Shown here: piece by piece, positions 49,775 to 60,551 of the stretch
Numbering within the stretch: position 1 is the first letter of the stretch
Layout: every line of letters begins with the position of its first letter
Assembly: GCA_011109175.1 (NCBI GenBank)
Contig: RDEW01000019.1
Span: 714,145 to 778,144 of the forward strand
From: Dicyema japonicum
Taxonomy: Eukaryota; Animalia; Dicyemida
Direction: 5' to 3'
Length of the DNA stretch: 64,000 bases
The notes under the pieces: generated by a model
Told to the model about the DNA's origin: nothing
The model's input: the letters and a program-made list of their open reading frames with translations, nothing else
Databases searched by the model: none
Translations under genes and position numbers: made by a program

Positions 49775-52700
49775 ATTGGGTTTTTTCAAAGCATTGAGAC
49801 CAATTCGTTGTTAATTAAGTTAAAGCATGAAAGGCAATCAGACAAAATATTTAGTTGGTGTCAGTTTGACTAACTGGTCAGAAAATAAAAATTCTTAAAA
49901 ATATAATTAAAGGACTAATTGTTTGTTTACTTATTATTTAATAATTTTTAATAATTAGATAAAATAAAATTTTTTTTCATGGCGCATCTAAATTTGAATA
50001 AAATAAATTTTCAAATTATTACGCTTGTTGAAAATAGCTATCTCGCAGCAAATTTCGGATATACTTCGTGTTTGAAGATTTTTATTATAAACTATATTTT
50101 TAATGTAATAATCAAAGAATTGTCAAATATATTATTTTCAATTTTATATTTTAAAAGTTTGGACTTCATTTTAAAATATGCTAAATTCAAAAATTGAAAA
50201 TATTTTTTTTGAACATATTCACTACAATTCTGATTTCTCATTATTCACGTATAATGTCATTCAATACGTACATTTGACAATTGATCCCTTGAGTCTTTTT
50301 TTTCAAATTTGAACTGAGTGAGATTCGAATCTGCATTCTACGTACATCCGTCACCATTTTTTAGAATTTCAGTTTTCCGATGTCTCCGAATCAATTTCTT
50401 GTCCATGCTTATAATAATGAATATTCGTTGGTTTTCGTCCACCATAAAGCAAAATAAACAATTACTGTAATCGAGGTTTCCATCGCTTCAACATTCCAGC
50501 TAATTAACTACTCGACTAACTGCTCCCTCTCCACATCTGAGTAACCGACCTTTTCCATTCTAACCTCTGAATAATTAAAACTGTAGAAAATTGAATTTTC
50601 AACAAAAATATCAAATTCGATGAGATTATCTGTAATTTAAGATTATCTTTAACATTTATATCATATTTATTAAACGGTCTTCAATATTTCATGAACATTA
50701 ATATTCAGTTTCCAAAAAAAGTTACTTTCTGATCATGCTTTTTATATATTATTCTTGCTCAGATCTTACACCCAATCGGTCGTATTAAGGATAACTCCCA
50801 CCCAGGAAAAAAATATCTTGTCGCAAAAGTTTAGACGATCCGCTATAGAATTTGTTTTCACATGAAATCTGACACCATGTTGAATGAGAACCAAGAGAGA
50901 CTATTGAGACCAATGAGGGTGACTGTGGATGAAAAAATAGAGGTTTTTTGTGGAAGGCTGTTATCCGTCTTCACATGTCAGAGTTACTGAGAAATTACTT
51001 GTTGATGGAAAATCCTAAATAAAAGTCCAAGCCTTTTTGGACAGGATCCGTGATATTCAAACTGGTCTTTATGTTCAACCTCACTTAATTTTTGTGTTAA
51101 CAAAAAATATTAATATATTGAAAAATACTGGTTATGGTATTTTTTAACTAAACACAAATATGGAATAGAGATGTCTTATAAATAGTTCACTTCAGCTTCC
51201 AACTAACTTGTAGTTTTGAGGAGATCCCATTGGAAAAGCAGAGATAACTGACTCGAATGCGGCAAGAGAAGATATTCATGACTTGGCAGCTAACTCTAAC
51301 AAAAAGACGAAAATTTTCATGATTTGGATAAATAACTCGGATATTTCTTAGATAATTTATTATTTATTTTTAAATTGTTAATAAAATTATCATAATAAAC
51401 TATTTTATAAATTTTGCAGAAATCGCATCAAAATTAATTCTATTTAATTTGATGCGATTGATGCCGCAAATCGGAGACCTTCGCGGACATAGATGGTTTT
51501 CTTAGTCATTGGGTATTAATAACAGGGGTTTCAATAAAAATATCGTCATTCCCCAATATTATTAATGAAATGAATGGAAAATGAAATTATTCTGAAGATC
51601 AAAGGTATAACCAAACTAAGTAATCTCCTGATCCTGACACGTTCTAGTAGACCCTTCATCCAAGAACAGCTATTCAAATAACATTGTCCGTGGAGCTAAA
51701 TTCGAAGTCAGAACTCGTCATCAAAGAGCAAAATAGTCTCCCGATAAGATAAAAAGATAGATCCTTTTAAATGCATTGGGTGTCTCCTGAGTGAAGTTGA
51801 TCTGATGTCGCCACTTGAAGGAGGGAAGATAAATTTCCAATCAAGTAGTAACAAGGTACCACGTGGCGCCATTAGGCCACACAATGAAAAATAATAATAT
51901 GTGAACGATGATGTTGTATTAAATTAGATACAAGTTATTTAATATTCGGTATTTGATTGAAGATATCTGATCCGTCTAGTGACGTAACCGGATCCAGAAA
52001 AAATCCAATTCCTGGCCGGATTTAAAAGGATTCATCTTTTCATTCTACCGGAGACCTCTTTCTACATTTTCCAAACGGTTTTTTCATACATTGAAGATTC
52101 TGTCCTCTCTCAAGCATCTGTCAACCAACTACGATGTGGAAAATGCAATGAAAAATGATTTCTATTTTCTCATAAAATGTGATATTTTCAATAATATCAT
52201 TTTGTAACCAAAAATCTTATACAATTGGCGCTTGCTTTTCCCAAAAGTGAGTTTCATCCCCCTATCATTTTGTAGCATAGTTAGTTCCCCTCGAAAAATG
52301 ATTAGACGTCGTCAATATCATGAAAGGAAAATTTTATAGCCTCTTTGAAAATTAGTGTGAGATATTGGACGTTATGTTGAAGAATTTTTTTCAGAAAAAA
52401 TCTTGGATTTGTAATAGTGTAGGGTGCAAACATGTAATTCTCCGCCTGATTTAATTTAGTTTAAATATAAGGGGACTTCAAAACACTGGTTTGCTATACT
52501 AAAATTATAATTTATTGAACCACGACGCGCGTGAGACCGGTAGCTACTCCAGTTGATCTCTGATGCAATCGTGAGAGGCAACGCAACGTCGATAATGTCG
52601 GCGGGGTTTTCTTTGGATGGATGGCTGTGTTAATTAATTATTTATGCGTTTTAAATATAATAAATTAGCTCATTTATTAATTAATTCTATGTATAATTAT

Positions 52701-53992
52701 TAAATCATTTAAATAAATATCGCCTGAGAACGAATTTTGAAAACACCCACCTGAAATTTCATATTGTCCACAAAGGGACGATATCATCCACTATGGAAAA
52801 CCCTTGTCTATTGCACTGGCCATTGTCTCTTTGCAGCTGGAGTATGATTTGTTAGTAATGTCATTGTTTTTGTTTCGAATAATAATTATATTTCTATTAA
52901 TTATTTGATTAGCTTGACTAAAAATTTAAAGATTTCGATTTTTTGAATTATTACAAAACAAAATTTATCACGCAATACAAAAATATTAAAAAATTTATTG
53001 TTCCCAATTTTATCTTTTTAAAATTTGAAAAGCATATCTTGAATATTACTACAACTTACATAGAATTTATTATCCTATACGTGCATAGTAAGGATACCAT
53101 GATCACTTAATTTAGACTAACTCATCATTTTCTTGTAGTTTGAGTTAATAAATTAAATTATCTTATACATGCATTTTTTGACAATAATCCTCTATGTTTT
53201 TTAATTTTTGAGTAAAACGTGATTCTAACTCAGAACGAGAATCTTTACTTAGAACTTCAGATTTCAGATGTCACCTGAGTTTGTCAAAAGAAATAAAACT
53301 TAAGAATAACGAGAAGAACTGTGTATGAAAGAATGCCTTCAATCTCGATCGAAATCAGAAGTTAGGTGGAGATTCTTTCGATACGTACTGAGAATAGACC
53401 CAAAGGTTACAGCTAAAATCATCGTGACGCTCCTCTATTCCATGGATGACCAAGGACCATACTCCCAATGGTCCTCGACGCTGAACTCCAACACAACGGG
53501 AGAAGCCTCAGAGAAGAAGATCTGGATGGACTACAAAAGCCTGCTTGCAACATAAGCAAGTGGAGGGAGTTAACTTTGTTGTTAGATACCGGATTCCACA
53601 TGATTTGTCAATACAATGGCATGGGCATGGGAGAGCGCTTAATTAATCTACCCTTTGGCTGACTTTGAATGCAGCTAAAGTATTTTTAACAAAAGTCATT
53701 ACTTCATATAATCTAATTAGCTAATCATTTCTTCAAATCGTAACAAGTGTCTTTAGAATTCACCAGTCTCAAAGACGTCAAGTGCCTTCCATAAAAAGAT
53801 TCCTTTTTACCTACTTCACTGAAGGGGTTCCGACAATGACAGATATGGATTGAACGTGCAGCTCAGGAAAAATGCGTCTCACCGACCATAGGAACAGAAT
53901 ATACCTTATTTGGCGTTCATCAATTCTTAACCACTCTTCGGTATATCGAGGTTATTTAACGCAAAATCTGCACAGTGAAAAATAGGATAATA

Positions 53993-55703
53993 TGTCACAT
54001 GGGCGCGCGTAACGCATGGGCAGCCTGTTACATTTTTTCGACCTTGAAAAGGTCTTTTGATTATCCGACATTTATTATTATTACAGGATCACTGGGTCAA
54101 AAGAAAGAAATAAAAGTTCTCATCTAACTAAGTGATCCCAGACCGACAAAGGTGAGGACGAGTCCCTCATTGGATTATCCGACATTTAATTTTATATATC
54201 CGATTTATATCGTGATTTAATCCTGTTAAATTAGTTTTTTATTCATAAATGTTATGATTATAAAGATTTTATTTTTTTATAGCGGTAAACCTAGATTTCT
54301 AGCGTGATTTATAGCATGGAAGATTATTTTGTTGCAATGGCTTCTTACAAGGGTTTTGTGAAAGATTGCGTTGAATATCAAACTTTAAAAGATGCTTTGC
54401 ATGATAAATTTCCCGAAAATCTTCCGAGGCACCGAAAATATAGGCTTGTAAAGAAGATAGAGAATTTTTCTATTATCAATGACAGGTATTGTAAATTTTC
54501 AATAATTTTAGACTGTATCTTAAATCAACTGATCCCAAGTTAGTCATATCCCTGGATAATGAAACCGAAATGGAGCATGTTGCGAAATCGTTGCACGAGT
54601 TTTCACACGGAGGAGTCAATAAAATTGAGTATGAATGTCGACAAAGATACTTCACTGTAAAGAATGAGATTATCAGAAAAGTCATTCGAAATTGTGAAGT
54701 CTGCAAATTTTCGCGTCCTTTAAAAGTTCGTGATTTTTTTAATAGATTGGAGATATAAATCACCATGTGTTTGCTTCTTCTCCAAATGAACGTTTTCAGG
54801 TAGATCTAATAGACCTGAAAAAATTTTCAACATTAAATGAAAATTTCAAATGGATTTTAACGGTCATTGACATATATAGTAGGCTGGTTTTTTTTTAATT
54901 TATAGATTCGCTTTTGTACGACCACTCTATAATAAGTCTGGTAAAGAAGTATGTGAAAACTTAAGATCTTTGTTCCGCCTGAATGGGCCATGTAAATTTC
55001 TTCAGTCGGACAATGGTTCTGAATTTAAAAATCAAGAAATAACAAAATTTTGCGAAGATTTTAACATTAAGCAAATTCACGGAAGGACTAACAATCCACG
55101 AGCACAAGGAATTGTCGAAAGATTTAATCAGACGATCACGAGGAAGTTGTCAAAAATTCTGGATAACAGTGAAAAAAAGTGGTTTGATAAATTAGAAAGT
55201 GCTGTCTACAGTTACAACATATCGGTCCATTCATTTTCTAACGAAAGTCCTTTCGAAAGATATCGAGGAATTAAGGGAATAAATTCAAAAATTAATGGTT
55301 ATACTTATATCACATTATGACTTAGATAATTTAAGTGATGAGTGTGCGATTCCAGAACAAATTAACGATTTGGTTAATTGTTCGACTCCAGAATCTATTG
55401 AAAATTCACGTAGTTTGATTTAAAAAATTTATATCTAGATAATTCCCAGTCAGATAATTTATGTCGAATAGGTTCGGGCTAAAAAGGACTTTGGAACAAA
55501 TCCCTCATTGCGACTGTATAAGTTTGAGTCTCAGTATTATCCAGTTGCAGAATAATTAATATTTTATTAATGAGTAGACTAAAAAAGTTACTTAAATTTA
55601 ATTTTTTGTGTTAATAAATCATTTATAAAATTAATTGAAGTTAATCTTGGTTCAAGGTAATGTAACAGGCTGCCCATAGGTAAACGCTTGGAACCATGTG
55701 ACA
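53993..55703 (+). mobile_element. Ginger2/TDD-like (Gypsy-integrase-related) DNA transposon
   Basis: TGT...ACA termini; about 43-bp imperfect TIRs (TGTCACATGG...ATGGGCAGCCTGTTACATT / AATGTAACAGGCTGCCCAT...CCATGTGACA); 5-bp TSD TAATA; integrase only, with no RT or gag. Confidence 0.88.
54316..55482 (+). CDS. HHCC + DDE integrase/transposase of the Ginger-like element (6 exons)
   Basis: Introns 54486-54511, 54726-54745, 54883-54905 (GC-AG), 55298-55325 and 55410-55438 restore one open frame: LHEFSH...CEVC, FQVDLID, VIDIYSRFAF, LQSDNGSEF, PRAQGIVERFNQT. Exact start uncertain. Confidence 0.85.
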
Positions 55704-56440
55704 TAATACAGTAGTCGGTCTATAAAATCAATAGCTCTCAGTAAATGACAAAATTATGTTTGAATTTGACGATCAGATAGTTTTTTCAGTAAATTTTAAT
55801 TTTAGTTCATGTCTAGACTTGCTTATTATTAGATTGTACTTTAAAGCTAATCACCAAAAAATCTTATAGAAAAAATTATAATAATGCAAATTCGAATGAA
55901 AAAGCTACATTCTTCCCGTCGCTTGTGGCATCCATGGATGATCTGATCTGTAAGACTTCTCCACAGTCTTCTCGAGATTGCGATTATTCGAAGGCTGTCT
56001 AGATCATCTGCATCTTCTAATGCCATTTTAACATGATTTAGACCGATGTTCATTATAATGGCAAATTTGTTTGTGTTTCCATTCTAAAAAGTCTCTGAGC
56101 AGAAGTAGTATAATTCTATAATATTCACTTCTGCAACTTCGTTTTTTGGTGAATCGAGTAAATTAAGTGATAAAGAGAGAAGAAATTTCACCGTGGCATA
56201 GGCATAAGCAAACATAGGAACTAGACTACTGATTGAAAAAAGAGAGCTCGAATTGACTTTGACTTTAGTTAGTTAACTAACTGATGACTGACTTTTAAAG
56301 TCTTGATATATTTTTATTACTTGCTTGAGACAAAAAAAATTTTTTATTAAATAAAAAATATAGTTATTAAGTTAATTATATTTTGGTATACCAAAAATAA
56401 AACTTTTAAATAATTTTTCAAAGGTGTACTCTAGTGTGCC

Positions 56441-57540
56441 ATGAACTGTGACGAATTGAACCTTAGACTAGAGCTATATGCCAAATCAGGACTTTACAAC
56501 GGTAAGTCATAAATTAACAGTCAGAAATGTACCTTGTAATAAAGGAGTTAATGTCACGTGGGACAATTCCGACAGTAAAACAGCGAAGTTACATGTCAAT
56601 TGCCTTCAAACACAAAATATCAGGAACAAGGCAATCCTGTAAGGCTTTAAGTCACCTACTACAAACACCGGATGATCGCAACGATAAAGCTTTGTTGGAA
56701 TGTCTTCGTGAATACAAAGAGAATGTACATAATTGGTCATTTTTGTAGGTAATCAAAGAAATGGAGGATATTTGCGTTGAAGAAATGCAAATTATTAAAG
56801 ATTTGATCAAAAAGTGTGACGACGACGACCAGGCCCACGTGTTCTACCTTAAACAGTCAGTTTTTTAGATTTATTTACATTCTATTATTCGCATATAACC
56901 ATCTATTTTAAGGTGGTTAACCTATTTTTGAAATATATATTTATTTGTATTTCATTGTGAATACTTTTAATTGTTTTTGCTTCCACCTTTTATTGACGTC
57001 AATTAATCGCTATTTTCAGTGCTGCTGGCTTATTTTAGAAACACACTTAGATGAAGCTTATTGAATGAGTTATTGATAATATTAAATGTGCGTTAGTAAG
57101 CTGTGATGTGCTTAAATAGTCAATTAGTAGTTATTTACAGTGTTCAATATTCATTAATAGGATTGGAGATTGCTGTCGGTACATGGCCGAGGTACTTCCT
57201 AATGAGAAGAGAGAGGCCTACGTACAGGAGTCTCAAGAAGCTTACGAGTCAGCGCTTGCGATTTCGCAGAGTTTCTCACCGACGGATATTGGACGCCTGG
57301 GACTGGCTCTGAACGCCTCTGTGTTTTACTGCGAGATTTTGGAGGACAAACAGAAGGCTTGTAACCTCGCCAAGGTGACCTTTGATGAAGCTATTTGCTC
57401 CTTGGATTCTCTGAATGGGGTTCTCAATTCTGAGGTGTCACTTATTGTACAGCTTATAAGAGATAACCTACAGCATTGGAATTCTGAATTTATTGGTTGC
57501 TAATTTTTTTGTATTTGTAGATGGAAGTGAACTATCTTAA
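56441..57540 (+). CDS. Divergent 14-3-3 protein
   Basis: Introns 56502-56524, 56725-56748, 56856-57160 and 57496-57520. Motifs MSIAFK, HVFYLKQIGDCCRYMAE, RLGLALNASVFYCEIL, ACNLAKVTFDEAI and LIVQLIRDNLQHW. Confidence 0.93.
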
Positions 57541-60199
57541 CTCTTTAGTTACTTCACGTAGTTAACTCATATTTTCTCTAATACAATTTTTTGGAAACAT
57601 TTTTTTGTAATTTTTTGTGGCTATTTTTATTCATTTGGTAAACTGTTCATCGTATGGTCATGATTGTGAGCGGATTTACTCACCAACCGACGCTCTTTTC
57701 TGCTGTCCTTTTTTACATCCGGTCATCACTTCTTTTGTGTGCAAAAGTGCTAAGAATTTTTTCTCGATAGACTCCAAGGCTTCTTTTCAATAGTTAAAGG
57801 CGAATTTCTTAGTGATGATCTATCGCTCGATATTTAAAATGATTTTTTTCCTAATAAAGTTAATATCTCAAAAAATTAAAATGTATTATTTATAAGTGAA
57901 TATTTTAAAATTTCTTCAATTTGATGTGATCCGAGATTTTGCTAATTATTTATACGACACATTCACCTGGAGACAAGGGAGAGTTCTGGAAAATACGAAT
58001 CACTCAGGGAAACTTCCATTTCGTTCTTTCTACTGTGAAGACTTCAGAATCATGCGAGAGATGACGGACACCTTTCTCGCCAATATTGGACGAAGGTTAT
58101 TTGGAAGGGGATTACATCTGGGCTTGGACTCTACACCTGGACCTTCCTTTATTTATTTTCTGTCTTATGATGTGTCCTGGATCTATGATTTTCTCCTAAA
58201 ACCGTCGATCCGATCCTACACAGTTTCTTTAATTAGTACTAGCAGCATATTTTCTTAGACCATCACTCTATAAAAGTCCATATATTAATGTTTTATTGAT
58301 GAGAATTATTGAATTTAATTGATAAAAGTCAATAAACTTTAATGTTATTGAAAGTTCAATGTAGTTAAATCAACCTTATTATTTTTTCGCTTAGTTTATT
58401 AAATTTAAGGGTGCTAAGTGGTTCATCAGGTGGAAGATTGAGGTGGTGAAGCACCCCTATTGCACTAAATGTTTCTTCGCTTCATGGGAAATGCGAGACC
58501 ATACCTTCCTTTATCTTGTAAACATGGGAGAGATGATGGAATAAGAAGAAATCAGAACCACACATGTTTACAAGTAGGAGGTAGCATTGGATTCACATTA
58601 CCCTTCCTCTTTGCGAATTGAACATATCAACCTACTCTGGTGGAATTCCTTCTCTTCTACGGATCAGTTGCTATTCACTTTTGAGTGGGAATCAAGAAAC
58701 TCATTTTGGGTAGGTTTATCTATAAAGAGAAATCCTGATCGGTTGTGAAGAAAAACACCCAGGTCAAGTTCCCCCGCAGAAATTCAAGGAGAAACTTATA
58801 GAAGCAGGTAGGATCACTGGCAAAGTACATAGGAGAGTCCCTGAGATCACTTAATTAGTAATATCAAACGTGGGCCATAAATCGATTTTTCTCGCTACTG
58901 GCACAAAGCAGACTGGTGATAAAGAACCGCTGCCTCAGAATCAGAGCCCTCACAATTACGGAAAACGGTAAATGTTGTGTCATAATGGATCACCTAATAG
59001 ATCATAGCTAGAATTATTCCCAAGATATGAGAAGTTTTTCTTATCTAAATTATTTAGATTCCAACGTAACCGCTCACAATGTTCCCAATTTTTCAATTAT
59101 AGCTCAAACAAAGTCTGATTCAACAATTGTCTTCGGAATACAGTACAACCTAAAATTCCTGAGTCGTTTAAAAAATTGGATTTTACACGAACAGGAGTTC
59201 CCCGTGAGCGTAAATAAGGTTAAATAGAATTATTACCTGAAAATCAATTGTAGCCAAATATATCACGACTTGGTCACTCAAAGTTTGATATTTTTTCGTT
59301 ACATTTTTTCAGCTTTTGCGGAAGTCAATACAGGGCGAGTGACTATCTGTAATTTAGAAATATAATCTTATCTTAGCGGACGGATATCACAGCACGTGAA
59401 AATCACAAAAAATATTATCAAATACCTTATCCAGTTTCTTTACTGTACTCTAGTTTATTAGAATTCAAGATTTTGTGATTGAAATGAGAATTGAAACCCA
59501 AATCTTAGTATTAAACGCTTCCTTGGATCTTTATTTGAACTACTACATTGGAAGAAAAATGATGACGGACTTGGAAACTTAAAATTAATTTATTTACCTC
59601 CTTTCCCTTCAAACGAAGGAAACCGATGGCTAACAAAAATGTAACCACCATAGACGGATGTTCCCAGATATCCGATAGGTTGATCACGGAGGAAAAACAG
59701 ATGGGAAGACTAAACATGAGAGAAGGTAATCTGTCACAAGAGAAGTCAACATGAAGGTCAAAGTATCCTCGGTTTATAGAAAAGATTTAAGGAGATATGA
59801 TTTGTCCATCAGAGTAGAGATTATCTTTTTTTATTAGTGAAAATCGAAATGCAATGAGTTGGATAGTCTGACTTTTTTACATTTTTCTAAAAATTACAGT
59901 TAGAGCATCCTGAAATGATCTCTCGTTGGAAGTTTTTTGACTCCTAACGGAGGTGATCAGTTAGTATTTTCAGACAACCAGCAATTTTTCTAAGGTCAGA
60001 GTTTTGGATTTGGTTTTCAAGTGGGTCACTAGCTCATGAATGAAAACTACAATTGTAGCCAACAGTAACCTTCTCTCACTTAAAAAAAAGACTAGTGGCT
60101 ATGGGACGAGCGTTAAGCATACAATTAATTTTTAAAATATAAGTAATTAATATTGATTTTTACTGATAAAAACCTTTTTTTAAAAACCAAATATATTTA

Positions 60200-60440
60200 A
60201 ACGCAAAAACTAAGTTAACAACTGCTGGTTGCTCCTATAATTGAAAACGCGTTATCCCTCTTACGATTTGCAAAGAAATACGCTCAATGAGCCATCTCCT
60301 TTTTCTCCTATCGTTTTTTTTCTTCGCAACGAGCGAGCCGATACTGTTTAGCAGGGTCAGTGACCAGCTTCCAATGATTCCTGTCGTTTCGACTGCCACT
60401 GGTTCGAAGATGAATTGTCCTCCAAGACATGCGTATTTTT
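60200..60440 (-). mobile_element. CRE-like RLE 3' remnant
   Basis: FIFEPVAVETTGIIG...WLIERISLQIVRG; a closely related copy lies at 44900-45055. Confidence 0.7.
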
Positions 60441-60551
60441 ATCTAATAAAAACTAATTAAGAAATATTTTAGATGTAAAATAAATTAATTACATTTATTT
60501 CCAGATAAATAAAAAATAAGATTATTTAAAAATTGCATTATCGCATTTTTT

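Noticed and set aside
50300-51460. Possible decayed minus-strand gene and a hairpin at 51421-51459
   Set aside because: Stops in all frames, no identifiable family, and the hairpin is AT-rich and isolated.
57896-58258. 120-aa ORF
   Set aside because: GTG start, no recognisable motif, and no consistent spliced model on either strand.
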